A stretch of DNA of 64,000 bases. Origin: Candidatus Chisholmbacteria bacterium RIFCSPHIGHO2_01_FULL_52_32. Lineage in GTDB: Bacteria > Patescibacteriota > Microgenomatia > UBA1400 > Chisholmbacteraceae. This document shows positions 9,621 to 19,391 of the stretch, one piece after another. Numbering within the stretch: the first letter of the stretch is position 1; the number at the start of each line of letters is the position of its first letter. The stretch is taken from positions 522,681-586,680 of the forward strand of contig MHCJ01000003.1 of NCBI GenBank assembly GCA_001816585.1, written 5' to 3'. A program made the translations under genes and the position numbers. The notes under the pieces are model-generated. The model was not told the DNA's origin. It saw nothing but the letters and a program-made list of their open reading frames with translations, and searched no databases.

Positions 9621-9944
9621 TTACTGGGCAACCTTGACCTTTGGCTCCTCAAGCTTTTGGTAGAACCACCAGGTTCCCTGGAGCAGAACGGTCCAGAGGA
9701 GGATATTGAGGAAGACTTTTTCCCACATGACTTGATTTTTATCCGGGGAAAGCCAATGGGTCAGTTTTCCGGTCGGCTCGATATCTCCGGCAAGTCGGTA
9801 CTCTACTTTGTACATCACCAGAGGCCAGCCGGCTACCTTTTGGAATTCCCCAAGATTCTGAGGAAAGAAAATAGAGGTATTCGTTAACACGATCGAGAAG
9901 AAAAGAAAGGCTGCAAACGGAGTTTTCGCAAACAGGTTATACAT
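9621..9944 (-). CDS. small membrane protein, hypothetical
   Basis: Two predicted TM helices; ORF only. Confidence 0.3.
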   Translation of the reverse strand: MYNLFAKTPFAAFLFFSIVLTNTSIFFPQNLGEFQKVAGWPLVMYKVEYRLAGDIEPTGKLTHWLSPDKNQVMWEKVFLNILLWTVLLQGTWWFYQKLEEPKVKVAQ

Positions 9945-9987
9945 CGTTATCCACCAAGTTCCATCTTACACGCTCTCCGAAAGGATT

Positions 9988-10899
9988 TCAATATTTTTTA
10001 TCTTCTGTACCCCAGCTTCTTAAGAATTGTATCCAGATTTCCGGGACGCTGCGAGAATAACCACCGGCACAGAGGGTGCAACAATGTTCAATGCCTTTGA
10101 GCTTTTCTCCAAGTTTTTCGTAGGTTTCAAGCTCCAGTTTGATATTTGCCAATGGATCCTCCTTAAACGTATCGGCACCCAGTACCAGAACAGTCAGGTC
10201 GGGATTGAACTTTTTGTGCAAACGGAGCCCCTCTTCAACTGCGGCGAGAAATTGGATTTCCCCTGCTCCCGGGTTAAGGATGATGTTCCGGTTGAATCCC
10301 TTTCCTTTTCCCTCCCCTTCCTGCTTTGGGAATCCCGTTCCCGGATACAGCGTGTGAGGATCCTGATGGATCGAAAGGGTGAAGACCGTCGGGTCATCGT
10401 AGAAGATTTCCTGCGTGCCTTGACCCGCATGTACATCAACGTCAAACACGAAGGCTGTTTTGATTTTCTTCTCTTTTTGAAGCTTTCGAATGGCGATGGC
10501 GTGATCGTTGAAGATGCAAAACCCGGAGGAATCGGATATGCCGGCATGGTGGAGTCCACCGAGGAGATTCATCACCCGTTTACCGCCCAGGGCTAGCTCA
10601 GTCGCAAGGATTGTTCCGCCCACTGAAAAATATGCTGCTTCCAAAACTCCCGCATCCACTGGTGTGTCGATGGAAAGTGCGCCACCACTTTGGGCAAGGT
10701 ATTTCACGCGATTCAGGTACTCTCCGGCGTGGGCAAGCAGGATGTCCTTATCTTTTGCTCTTTGGGGTTTATGAAGCTTGTAAGGAAGCGTTGTTTCTTT
10801 GAGTCGTTTCAGAAACACTTCTGCTCTTTCGGGCCAAAACGGATGACCGGGACCGAAACTATAGTCAAGGTATTTGGGGTGAAAGACAATATGAAGCAT
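9988..10899 (-). CDS. histone deacetylase/acetoin-utilisation (HDAC/AcuC) family deacetylase
   Basis: HHAGISDSSGFCIFND...DVDVHAGQGTQEIF: classic arginase/deacetylase-fold motifs. Confidence 0.8.
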   Translation of the reverse strand: MLHIVFHPKYLDYSFGPGHPFWPERAEVFLKRLKETTLPYKLHKPQRAKDKDILLAHAGEYLNRVKYLAQSGGALSIDTPVDAGVLEAAYFSVGGTILATELALGGKRVMNLLGGLHHAGISDSSGFCIFNDHAIAIRKLQKEKKIKTAFVFDVDVHAGQGTQEIFYDDPTVFTLSIHQDPHTLYPGTGFPKQEGEGKGKGFNRNIILNPGAGEIQFLAAVEEGLRLHKKFNPDLTVLVLGADTFKEDPLANIKLELETYEKLGEKLKGIEHCCTLCAGGYSRSVPEIWIQFLRSWGTEDKKY

Positions 10900-11008
10900 G
10901 AATTAAGAATTATGAATCATGAATTATGGACTGGGGATAAAATTTTCTTCTGGTTCCTTTGGATTGCTTTTACCATTATTCTTTATTCCTCATTCATTAT
11001 TCTTTTTC

Positions 11009-11491
11009 TCAGCTTTCCGGTGTTTCCCGTAAGCGCCGAGAAAATTCTTTTTTCGTCATGTAGCCTAAGAGAAAAAGCGGCGCGGCAACGTGGGCGATCC
11101 CGGCATCCTTCGGAATCCGGTTCAACGGAAACCACTTTATTTGATCAAATTTCTCCGGCTCAAGTATCTTTGGTATTCCTTTCTTCACTTTGCATAGGAA
11201 TGTCACACAATGCCAATGGATACGAGATTTCGGAAGGATTTGGTCCCAATGGCCGATGGGTTCTTCGATCGTGATCTCTATTCCCACTTCCTCCATTGTT
11301 TCTCTTTTCACCGCATCTTCCACCCGCTCGCCGAACTCCACTTCCCCACCCGGGATTGACCATAATCCTGCTGTCGTGCGGTGATTGGCAATCTTTTTGT
11401 TTCGCTTCATGAGCAGAATTTCGTTCTTCCCATTCAGAACGACCGCACCGCAACCTACTCCGATAAAATCCTTCCCCGTTATCATTTTCAT
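11009..11491 (-). CDS. NUDIX hydrolase
   Basis: Nudix box GGEVEFGERVEDAVKRETMEEVGIE. Confidence 0.8.
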   Translation of the reverse strand: MKMITGKDFIGVGCGAVVLNGKNEILLMKRNKKIANHRTTAGLWSIPGGEVEFGERVEDAVKRETMEEVGIEITIEEPIGHWDQILPKSRIHWHCVTFLCKVKKGIPKILEPEKFDQIKWFPLNRIPKDAGIAHVAAPLFLLGYMTKKEFSRRLRETPES

Positions 11492-12213
11492 AGCTGCTGT
11501 TGGAGCTTTCTTGGCAAGTTTCTTGATCCCTCCCGAAAAGTGAGACCGGACATTTTCTCTTTATATTTTTTAATAAACCTCACCACCTCTTCCGGTCTGC
11601 TTTTGCACAGTTCCCGCAGGGTCCAGCCGATCGCTTTGCGGATAAAGAAGCGTTCTTCTTTCGACCAGGTTTTCCCTTCCTCAAACATCGGGACTGCGAG
11701 CTTGAAAAAGAGTGCGTGGTCCCCTTTCCCTTTTCGGAAAAGCAATATTTGCGAGAGGAGAGAGGCCCGGCGGACCCAGAAGTTTTTGGATGTTGCCCAT
11801 TTCGAAAGGTAACGAATGGCCTTGGGGTCGTTTTCGATCATCGCTCCGACAAGATGGGCGGCAATCTCGTCCAAGTGATCCCAACCCGTGGCTTCTTTGA
11901 TCATTATTTCAATGAAGGGCATGTGGCTGACGGTAAGATGCTTTTTCTTTTCCGCGAGTATCATGATGGCGATCGTTTTTTCATCATGCCACTGCGAATC
12001 CCACAGTTTTTCGGCAAGTTTTTCGAGTTCAGGGATTTCGATTTTCGGATGGTCTTTGAACCACTGGTTGACGATTACCCTCCTTCTTGACATGTCCACA
12101 CCATAAAACTTCCACGGGCTTTTCAGGTACTTCTTTTCGCCTTCGGCGCGCTTCGGGTTGACTTGGCGCTTGAGTTCCTGTCTAAACCAAACTATTTCCT
12201 CAACGATGTTCAT
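11488..12213 (-). CDS. DNA alkylation repair protein (AlkD-like HEAT-repeat)
   Basis: Helical repeat protein resembling AlkC/AlkD; 4-nt overlaps with its neighbours (operon). Confidence 0.6.
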   Translation of the reverse strand: MNIVEEIVWFRQELKRQVNPKRAEGEKKYLKSPWKFYGVDMSRRRVIVNQWFKDHPKIEIPELEKLAEKLWDSQWHDEKTIAIMILAEKKKHLTVSHMPFIEIMIKEATGWDHLDEIAAHLVGAMIENDPKAIRYLSKWATSKNFWVRRASLLSQILLFRKGKGDHALFFKLAVPMFEEGKTWSKEERFFIRKAIGWTLRELCKSRPEEVVRFIKKYKEKMSGLTFREGSRNLPRKLQQQL

Positions 12214-12824
12214 TTCTCCTCCAAGTGTGATGTATCCGAGAGAACGGCTATGTGATATTCGCCCCAGCGATCTTTTTCAAGTACGGTCACGCCGGCGTTC
12301 TGAAATGCCGTTCCTTCCTTGAGAGGTTTTTTTATCAGCAATTGGAGAAGGTACCACTGTGTGCCTCCATGGGTGACAATCGCAACGATTTTTTGTTTAT
12401 ATTTCTTGTTGAGATTATTGAGGAAAGCGTGTAACCGAGCTTTTGTTTCTCTGATAGATTCCCCACCATGCCCCTTGTAGGTTTCATCCGTATCATTAAA
12501 AAAATTCTCCCAAATTTTCTTTATTCGTACGTCTTTCTCTTCTTTGTGCCTTCCTTCGAGCAATCCCATTGCCCGTTCGCGCAGCTTCGTGGTTTTGATT
12601 GGCTTGATTCCGAGGGACTTTGCAATTGAATGGGTCGTCTGTACCGCTCGTTTGAGATCGGAGGTGAAAAGCGCGTTAATCACCTCGCCCTTGAGTCTTC
12701 GCGCAAGTTTCTTCGCCTGAAGCTTGCCTGCTGCATTTAAAGGAACATCTACCCACCCATGCCACTTTCCCAAGCGGTTGTATTCTGTTTCACCGTGACG
12801 GATGAGGATGATCTTTTTGGGCAT
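12210..12824 (-). CDS. histidine phosphatase (phosphoglycerate mutase-like) family protein
   Basis: N-terminal RHGETEYN catalytic-His motif. Confidence 0.75.
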   Translation of the reverse strand: MPKKIILIRHGETEYNRLGKWHGWVDVPLNAAGKLQAKKLARRLKGEVINALFTSDLKRAVQTTHSIAKSLGIKPIKTTKLRERAMGLLEGRHKEEKDVRIKKIWENFFNDTDETYKGHGGESIRETKARLHAFLNNLNKKYKQKIVAIVTHGGTQWYLLQLLIKKPLKEGTAFQNAGVTVLEKDRWGEYHIAVLSDTSHLEEK

Positions 12825-12836
12825 TTTTATTGGCGC

Positions 12837-12855
12837 GTACAGGTGCGACCTGTAC
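12837..12855. repeat. REP element GTACAGGTGCGACCTGTAC (perfect copy)
   Basis: 7-bp inverted arms GTACAGG/CCTGTAC around spacer TGCGA; lies in the 45-bp gap between the histidine phosphatase and Fic genes. Confidence 0.85.
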
Positions 12856-12869
12856 GATTTGTTTTCATA

Positions 12870-13862
12870 CTACTCTTTTGGTTCGTAGATTGCCCCTTTT
12901 GTCACGCCTCTTTTCTTAATGAATTCTGCGTCTTGGAGTTTTTTTAAATCATACCTCAAGAGCCGATCCGAAACAGCCATAAAGCGCCTTCTTACGAAGT
13001 CGAACGATACCTGTCTATGATCTTTAATGATTCTCAATATTTCATAGCGACGAGGAGGAAGAAGTTCTTCTTTGTTTGTTTTCCCAGGCCGAGCTTGAGC
13101 CTTTACTGCATCTTTGAAGGAGACTTTCAGACTTTGCAAGAAAAATTCAACAAAGAAAGTGATATCGTTTTTCCTCATGGCTAAAAGATCGTAATAGGCT
13201 GTTCTTTCTTGATCGAAATACTCTTCGAACGCCACGAGACCTCTCAAATCAAACTTCCATTTTTTCAGAAGAAGGTGTATCAACAGGCGTCCTACTCTCC
13301 CATTGCCATCCAAGAAGGGGTGGATTTTTTCAAACGCGTGGTGAGTGAGCGCAGCTTTCACGGGAGCGAATGGCTCGTTGTCCTCGTTCACGTAATGGAG
13401 TAACTGATTGAGTAGGTCCTTGATTTCTTGTGGGGGTGGACAAACGTAGATGGCGATCCCCGCTTGGTTGAAGATTGCTGATGGTTCCCCGCGAAGTATT
13501 CCTGCTTCTGGAGAGAGATCATTCAAGACCATTGCATTGAGGTTTTTGATGTCATCGATAGACACGTCTTTCTTCCATGAATGTTTCAAGACAAACTCAA
13601 GGGTTCTCACGAGATTCCAAAGCTCACGTTTGTGTTTCTCTTTTGAATTCTTAATGCTTTGAGTCGACACTTCTTCCAGTGTCTTAGGGTTGCCTTCAAT
13701 CCTTGCAGAGTACACTGCGCTTTTCAGAATGCTTTTCCGGCGAGTATATTTCTCAAGAAGGATATCTTGAGGAAAGAGATCAAATTCTGTCTTTAACCGC
13801 TCTATCTGTTGAAGTAAGATAACGATGTTTTTATTGAGCGTGTATGGTGGAGGGATGTTCAC
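12870..13862 (-). CDS. Fic/DOC family protein with a C-terminal wHTH
   Basis: Fic motif HPFLDGNGRVGRLL; REP copies on both sides. Confidence 0.85.
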   Translation of the reverse strand: MNIPPPYTLNKNIVILLQQIERLKTEFDLFPQDILLEKYTRRKSILKSAVYSARIEGNPKTLEEVSTQSIKNSKEKHKRELWNLVRTLEFVLKHSWKKDVSIDDIKNLNAMVLNDLSPEAGILRGEPSAIFNQAGIAIYVCPPPQEIKDLLNQLLHYVNEDNEPFAPVKAALTHHAFEKIHPFLDGNGRVGRLLIHLLLKKWKFDLRGLVAFEEYFDQERTAYYDLLAMRKNDITFFVEFFLQSLKVSFKDAVKAQARPGKTNKEELLPPRRYEILRIIKDHRQVSFDFVRRRFMAVSDRLLRYDLKKLQDAEFIKKRGVTKGAIYEPKE

Positions 13863-13875
13863 GTAACAAGATTAC

Positions 13876-13918
13876 CAGATATTTCCTGATATTTCCATAT
13901 GTTTCCTGATATTTCCGG
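13876..13918. promoter_or_regulatory. four tandem 10-bp iteron-like repeats (TGATATTTCC) in the upstream region of the Fic gene
   Basis: cagATATTTCCtgATATTTCCatATGTTTCCtgATATTTCCgg, 14-56 bp upstream of the Fic start codon (minus strand). Confidence 0.4.
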
Positions 13919-13927
13919 ATAATTTGT

Positions 13928-13944
13928 GTGCAGGTGCGACCTGC
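13928..13944. repeat. REP element, degenerate (TGCAGGTGCGACCTGC)
   Basis: Core GCAGGTGCGACCTGC, still palindromic; Fic/AlkA-like intergenic gap. Confidence 0.6.
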
Positions 13945-13962
13945 CCCCCAACCACTTTGATT

Positions 13963-14529
13963 TCATTTTTTCGCTGTGTCTAGACTGTGCCAAAGAGCGA
14001 TGCAACCGTAGGATCGGTATGGGCTCCATCTTTTAATGATCTTTTCTATTCGTGATCGGGTTGGGTGCTTAAGATTGTAGAGTTTGGTGATTGCCGTTCT
14101 TAGTCCTTGGTCACCGTGAGAATAGACGTCTTCACGCCCCAACGAGAAGATCAGGAACATCTCAGCGGTCCAAGTCCCGATTCCTTTCACTTTGATCAGT
14201 TCCTGAATCACCTCATCGTCAGGCATCTTGGGGAGAGCGGAAAGATCTAATTCACCGCTTTTTGTTGCCACAGCGATATTTTTGACGTAGCTCGCTTTGG
14301 ACCAGGACATGCCTGCCTTCCTTAAGTTGTCATCCGAAAGGGAGAGCACGACCTCCGGGGTCACTTTCTTGCCAGGTATCAGGGCGAGAAAACGTTCGTA
14401 GATGGTTGTGGCTGCTTTGTCCGAGAGCTGTTGGGAGATGATATCCGAGCAGAGGCTTGAGAAAAATTTGGAGTTGGGGCGTTTTTTCACCCATTTCCCC
14501 AAGTTCAGGTCTTTCAGTATCGAATACAT
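13963..14529 (-). CDS. HhH-GPD DNA glycosylase (3-methyladenine DNA glycosylase AlkA-like)
   Basis: HhH-GPD signature VKGIGTWTAEMFLIF...D. Confidence 0.7.
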   Translation of the reverse strand: MYSILKDLNLGKWVKKRPNSKFFSSLCSDIISQQLSDKAATTIYERFLALIPGKKVTPEVVLSLSDDNLRKAGMSWSKASYVKNIAVATKSGELDLSALPKMPDDEVIQELIKVKGIGTWTAEMFLIFSLGREDVYSHGDQGLRTAITKLYNLKHPTRSRIEKIIKRWSPYRSYGCIALWHSLDTAKK

Positions 14530-14587
14530 GATCGGATCGGCTTTTCTGAAGTGGTGTTTGATTGTTATGGTGTTCAGATACTTCGTT

Positions 14588-14606
14588 TTGCAGGTCCGAC
14601 CTGTAC
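14588..14606. repeat. REP element variant (TTGCAGGTCCGACCTGTAC)
   Basis: Spacer variant TCCGA; intergenic. Confidence 0.65.
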
Positions 14607-14618
14607 GTACTCGTTTTA

Positions 14619-15482
14619 TTACCCGATTATGTTTAACGGTTTGTGTTTGATTTTGGTATGTTTTACTAATCTTATCAAAACATCCGCAAAATCCCGAGGA
14701 AGGTCCAGGGCGTGATAATCCGCGGAAATCACTCTTTTACCATCGCGCGTAAATGTCATTACCCTTTCTATATCTGCAGTTAATGGTGTCCCGTCTTTCA
14801 TGAGATTTACATGGAGTGTGAATCCTTGCCGGTGATCTTGAAGGCTTATAGTGACGAGCCCTTGGGAGGTTAACATCAGCGGTACGTATCTGTGTTCATA
14901 AATTCTTTCATCCGAATCAGCGTGTTGTGTACTCATCTGGGATGCGATGACAATCGGAGTATATCTCTCCTGCAATGCAACTGGGTGTATGAGTTGAAAA
15001 ACAGGATCGATGATCACAGCGTGTTTGTCAACCAGGTCTTTAATGCTCTGATTGTATCCTTCCTGAAGCTGTGTCCCGCTTGATAATATCCAGAGATGAG
15101 TTCCATCACTCCCTGGTGTGACTTGCGAAAAAAATGGAGAAACCGTTCCACCCACAAAATATGTGAAAACATTTGGGTGCTCGAACTGTAAGACCTCTCG
15201 CAGCAATTCACTCTGGTCTCTGCACCAGTAGAGTTCTCTGGGGTGATCTCTGGTATAGAGGTTCGGGAGAATCAGAGCAGGAATATTTTTATCGAGAAGC
15301 GGTGTTCCCGAGTATTCGGCCAAAGGCTCATAGATACCATAGGTAAATCCTTTCATATACCTCTCGGCATCCCGGAAGAAACGAGCATACGATTCGACCG
15401 GCAATGGGCCCCTCATATACTCGGCTAAGTCCGGTATCGGCAATGTATTTTCGAATGATTCTATTCTTCTCATACTTTTCAT
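14619..15482 (-). CDS. hypothetical protein
   Basis: 287-aa ORF with coding-like composition; no family recognised. Confidence 0.4.
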   Translation of the reverse strand: MKSMRRIESFENTLPIPDLAEYMRGPLPVESYARFFRDAERYMKGFTYGIYEPLAEYSGTPLLDKNIPALILPNLYTRDHPRELYWCRDQSELLREVLQFEHPNVFTYFVGGTVSPFFSQVTPGSDGTHLWILSSGTQLQEGYNQSIKDLVDKHAVIIDPVFQLIHPVALQERYTPIVIASQMSTQHADSDERIYEHRYVPLMLTSQGLVTISLQDHRQGFTLHVNLMKDGTPLTADIERVMTFTRDGKRVISADYHALDLPRDFADVLIRLVKHTKIKHKPLNIIG

Positions 15483-15508
15483 CGATACGCCGATGAATGT
15501 CCTGGTGG

Positions 15509-16759
15509 CTACTTTCGAAAGTATTTCTTCCCTTTCAATTTCTCCGGCAGAAGGTCTTCACGGGAGTATTTCTCGTATCCGCGGCCATAGCCGAGATTTT
15601 TCATCAGCTTCGTAACGGGGTTGCGAAGATTCAAGGGAATGGGGAGATTGCCGTGTTTTTTTACGTCGTCGACTGCCCGGAAATACGCCTCATAGGCGGA
15701 GCGGTCTTTTTTTGCAGTGGCAAGGTAGACTACGCCATGGGCAAGGTTGATCGCACATTCCGGATAGCCGATGGTTTCGCAGGCGCGGAAGACTTCGTTG
15801 GCGACGACCAATGCTGTGGGTTGGGCCATCCCTATGTCTTCGGAGGCGAATATCACCATTCGGCGGGCGATGAACAGCGGGTCTTCGCCGGCATCGACCA
15901 TGCGGGCAAGGTAGTAGAGGGCGGCGTCGATGTTACTGGCTCTCATGCTTTTAATAAATGAGCTAATGGTGTTGTAGTGCTCTTCTCCCGCCTGGTCGTA
16001 GCGGAGGAATTTTGCCTGGAGTGCATTTTTGAGGTTCTCGACCGTGATCCGCCGATAGAGCCGTGCGGTGACTTCAAGGAGATTGAGGATTTGCCGCGCG
16101 TCGCCGTTTGAAAATCGGATGAGAAAATCCTGTGCGTTTTTAGGAACTTTGAGCCGTAGTTCTTTTGCCCCGCTCGTAACAATCCGGGCGAGTTCCTTCT
16201 CCGACAGCTCGTTGAGAACGAATACCTGACACCGGGACATGAGAGGCGGAATGACCTCGAAGCTCGGGTTCTCCGTGGTCGCGCCGATTAAAACGATCGT
16301 GCCGTCTTCAACGAAAGGCAGAAGGTAATCCTGTTGGGCTTTGTTGAAGCGGTGGATCTCATCTAAAAAAACTATGTTTTTTTTGGAAATGTTTGATGTT
16401 TGACCCGCCTGACGGCGAGGCAGGTGTTTAATGTTTAATTGCTGTTGTGCAGAACTCTTCACGCTTCTCACAATGTTTCTTATATCGTCTTTTCCGGCTG
16501 ATACGGCAGACAAGTGATGGAATTTTCCTCCGATTTCGCTTGCGATGATTCTTGCGAGCGTTGTCTTGCCGCTCCCCGGAGGTCCCCAGAAAATCATCGA
16601 ATGGATTTGTTTCTTTTCAATGGCCAGGCGAACTGGTTTCCCGGGACCGACTAGGTGAACCTGACCGATAAACTTTGAGAGCTTCTGGGGGCGGATACGA
16701 TCGGCAAGGGGTCTTTCCGAACTCCCGTTACCGGATAGCGGTTGGTTTTGTGACGTCAT
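15509..16759 (-). CDS. rarA: replication-associated recombination protein A (RarA/MgsA AAA+ ATPase)
   Basis: Walker [14 protein letters not shown], Walker B FLDEIHRF, MgsA C-terminal helical domain. Confidence 0.9.
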   Translation of the reverse strand: MTSQNQPLSGNGSSERPLADRIRPQKLSKFIGQVHLVGPGKPVRLAIEKKQIHSMIFWGPPGSGKTTLARIIASEIGGKFHHLSAVSAGKDDIRNIVRSVKSSAQQQLNIKHLPRRQAGQTSNISKKNIVFLDEIHRFNKAQQDYLLPFVEDGTIVLIGATTENPSFEVIPPLMSRCQVFVLNELSEKELARIVTSGAKELRLKVPKNAQDFLIRFSNGDARQILNLLEVTARLYRRITVENLKNALQAKFLRYDQAGEEHYNTISSFIKSMRASNIDAALYYLARMVDAGEDPLFIARRMVIFASEDIGMAQPTALVVANEVFRACETIGYPECAINLAHGVVYLATAKKDRSAYEAYFRAVDDVKKHGNLPIPLNLRNPVTKLMKNLGYGRGYEKYSREDLLPEKLKGKKYFRK

Positions 16760-18113
16760 GTTTCAAAGCTTAATCGAATTAAACCCGAATATCAAGCAAC
16801 AACTCATGAAGTGGCGTCTTTTCCCTAAATTGATTATGATGTGCTCTGTGAACAAAACCCACATTATTTTTGTTTCCATCCTCACGTTCCTGCTCCTTTC
16901 TTACAAACTCACCTGGCCATTTTGGGGACATCACGAGTTCAATGGGGTGTATTACGGCATGATCGCGAAGAATTATCTGCGGTATGGGCTTTGGGCAACG
17001 AAGGGCGGACAGGTAAATAATCTCTATCCTGCTCTCCCTTCCGAGTGGAGTTATCACGTGAACCATCCGGCGACCTATCCGCTTCTGTTGGCTTTATCAT
17101 TCCGCATGTTTGGCGTTACGGAGGTAACCGCAAGACTGGTTTCCATTATCGCTTCAGTGCTCGGGGTCGTGTTTTTGGCAAAGCTCTTAAGCGCCCTTTA
17201 TAAGGATCATGTTGCTTGGCTTGCCGCTGTGGTTGTCATTTTTTCCCCGCTTTTTCTCTACTTCGGATCGCTGCCGGTGTTTGAACCGATTCTCTTTCCC
17301 GTCGTCACCCTTGGGCTTTGGCGCTACTTTATAACGCGAAGGATTAAATTCCCCGGGTCGGTTATCATCGTCTCCTTTGCCGCATCGCTGATTGACTGGC
17401 CGGGGTTTTGGCTTCCGGTTTCTCTAATCGTCTATGAGTGGCTGACCCGAAAGAGGAAGAAGCTCATTCTTTTTCTTGTGGCAACTACCCTTCTCGCGTT
17501 CTTCATTATTATTGCGCATCAAGCCATTGTTACCGGCAGTGCACTTGAAAACCTCAAAGGGGTTTTTGAATATCGCTTCAGTGTCACAAAACAACCCTAC
17601 ACTCCGATCGCTTGGGTACGGCTCCTGGCTGCCCGCACCCGGGCTTTTTGGGGGCTTCCGATCATTGTTGCCTCCGGCATTGGATATCTTTTGGCTTTCC
17701 GCGGCACGCGAAAGCTTGGGGGTTTTCTCTCCGCAATCCTTGCTTTAGGGCTTGCCCATATCCTGGTTTTCCGCAACATCACTTGGTATCACGACTATAT
17801 GCTCTATCACACTATTCCTTTCGTCGGTGCCTCCCTCGGAAGCTTACTGAGCTTTGTTTTTCGAAAAACCCGGTCTCGAATCGCGGTTTATATGTTGGTT
17901 GCAATTCTCATCGGATTGACCATCACCACTACCAATGCGTTTTTTATTGCTTTAGCTTCGATGAATGGTTATAAGGACTGTACCGAAATGGCCTACGCTG
18001 CCCGAACCAACCCGACGCCGCTCACCTTTCGACTTTCTCAGGAAAAGGCCAAAGAATGTCCGCCGTTTGTTGGGTTTTACGCAGAAAAGCCGTTCGGAAT
18101 CAAAGCTTATTAG
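16758..18113 (+). CDS. GT-C fold membrane glycosyltransferase (ArnT/PMT family 39-like)
   Basis: About 12 TM helices with a conserved N-terminal loop, typical of 4-amino-arabinose/mannosyl transferases. Confidence 0.6.
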   Translation: MFQSLIELNPNIKQQLMKWRLFPKLIMMCSVNKTHIIFVSILTFLLLSYKLTWPFWGHHEFNGVYYGMIAKNYLRYGLWATKGGQVNNLYPALPSEWSYHVNHPATYPLLLALSFRMFGVTEVTARLVSIIASVLGVVFLAKLLSALYKDHVAWLAAVVVIFSPLFLYFGSLPVFEPILFPVVTLGLWRYFITRRIKFPGSVIIVSFAASLIDWPGFWLPVSLIVYEWLTRKRKKLILFLVATTLLAFFIIIAHQAIVTGSALENLKGVFEYRFSVTKQPYTPIAWVRLLAARTRAFWGLPIIVASGIGYLLAFRGTRKLGGFLSAILALGLAHILVFRNITWYHDYMLYHTIPFVGASLGSLLSFVFRKTRSRIAVYMLVAILIGLTITTTNAFFIALASMNGYKDCTEMAYAARTNPTPLTFRLSQEKAKECPPFVGFYAEKPFGIKAY

Positions 18114-18142
18114 CTTGTAGCTTGTAGTTTGTAGCTTGTAGC
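18111..18142. repeat. type-C short tandem repeat (TAGCTTG/TAGTTTG)n
   Basis: Second copy at 53179-53203, where it is fused to a type-E motif (53204-53227). Confidence 0.6.
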
Positions 18143-18145
18143 TTT

Positions 18146-18535
18146 TTAGAGGCCGATCTTTAAGTCCACCGAAGGAATGCTTAAGTCTTTCTGGGCCGGA
18201 TCGAAGGCATCGATATCCGAAAGTAAATGGTCAATTTCTTCAGGAGCAAGGGTTGGTCTCGGAGGAATGGGTATGTTTGTGGGGGTGGGGGCCGGTGCTT
18301 CGGACCCCGGTGCTTCTTTTTCTTTCCCGCCTCTGAAGACCGAGGCGATCGAAAGAAGAATAGCCGTCGCTATGGCAAACGCCCCAAGGATCATAACGAA
18401 TTTCGCTTTCGGTGAGTTCTCGCTGATATTCTTGAGTGTGTTGAGGATTTTCTCGATACCGGTTTTCCTGACCGGTTGCTGTTCGGTGCCTTCCCCGCTC
18501 TCCTTTTTTAGGTCCTTCGGTAACGGTTGTTCCAT
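18146..18535 (-). CDS. membrane-anchored hypothetical protein
   Basis: Single TM helix with a Pro-rich periplasmic tail. Confidence 0.3.
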   Translation of the reverse strand: MEQPLPKDLKKESGEGTEQQPVRKTGIEKILNTLKNISENSPKAKFVMILGAFAIATAILLSIASVFRGGKEKEAPGSEAPAPTPTNIPIPPRPTLAPEEIDHLLSDIDAFDPAQKDLSIPSVDLKIGL

Positions 18536-18545
18536 AGCTTAATAC

Positions 18546-19343
18546 TCAGAGGTTCTTCAGTTCTTTTATTAATTGTGTTGCTTCCTTCAGGGTTGTTTTA
18601 GCCCTTCGCATTTCCGCCTGCACTGCCTGATATACCGCCTGGCCCTTCGTGGCTGTTTTGGTTTTTCCGCTCTGGTAGTCCGCAAGAATTTGGTTGGCTC
18701 TGTCGGCGGTAACGCGAACCTGGGTGAGTTTTCTATTAATCTCGCTTACTCCTTCCTCAAAGCTTCTGTCTTTTGCCTCAGTTGCCTTCTGCTGTTCTTC
18801 AAGAAGAAGTCTGGCCCTCACCTCTAGCCCTTGGATCTCACCGATTAAAACGTATCCGAGCACCTCGTATGAGAGGTCCGAAATCGAATTTGCTTCCCGT
18901 TCAAGCCTGCCTGATTCCGCATTGACCTCGGCCAGGCTATTGATTTTTTCGACGTTCGCTTTATGTGTTTCAAGAAATGCCTGGGTTGCTTCAAGTTTCC
19001 CAACTTCCGATTCCCGTAGGCCGGAATCAAGCTGCCGCTTGGAAATGAGCCGAAGTTTTAACCGTTGAAGATAGGTGCGTAATACCTCGGCCCGAAGGAT
19101 AAGTACCGCCTTTGTTTTTTCGACTGCCTCCTTTTGAGCGGTGATTGTGCTGAATTTCTGATAGGTTTCTTTGGCCGTTTTGTATGCTTGGTACGCCTCC
19201 GCGTAGTTGGCATACTGGAAGAGGTAATCAGACCGGGCCCGATCCTCATCTTGTGAGATTGAAGCCGAATCTTGCGCTTGGAGAAGGACCCCGTTTAAAA
19301 GGAGAACAATCGTCAAGAGAACGAGGGTAAGCGCGCGTTTCAT
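18546..19343 (-). CDS. secreted coiled-coil protein
   Basis: Signal peptide plus heptad-rich sequence. Confidence 0.4.
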   Translation of the reverse strand: MKRALTLVLLTIVLLLNGVLLQAQDSASISQDEDRARSDYLFQYANYAEAYQAYKTAKETYQKFSTITAQKEAVEKTKAVLILRAEVLRTYLQRLKLRLISKRQLDSGLRESEVGKLEATQAFLETHKANVEKINSLAEVNAESGRLEREANSISDLSYEVLGYVLIGEIQGLEVRARLLLEEQQKATEAKDRSFEEGVSEINRKLTQVRVTADRANQILADYQSGKTKTATKGQAVYQAVQAEMRRAKTTLKEATQLIKELKNL

Positions 19344-19391
19344 CTTCCTTAAGTCTAGCAGGTGTCCTCTGGTTGGGTCAAATGGGACGGG

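Noticed and set aside
15497-16182. ORFs 15497..15961(+) and 15943..16182(-)
   Set aside because: They overlap rarA, which has unambiguous AAA+ motifs, either antisense or out of frame.
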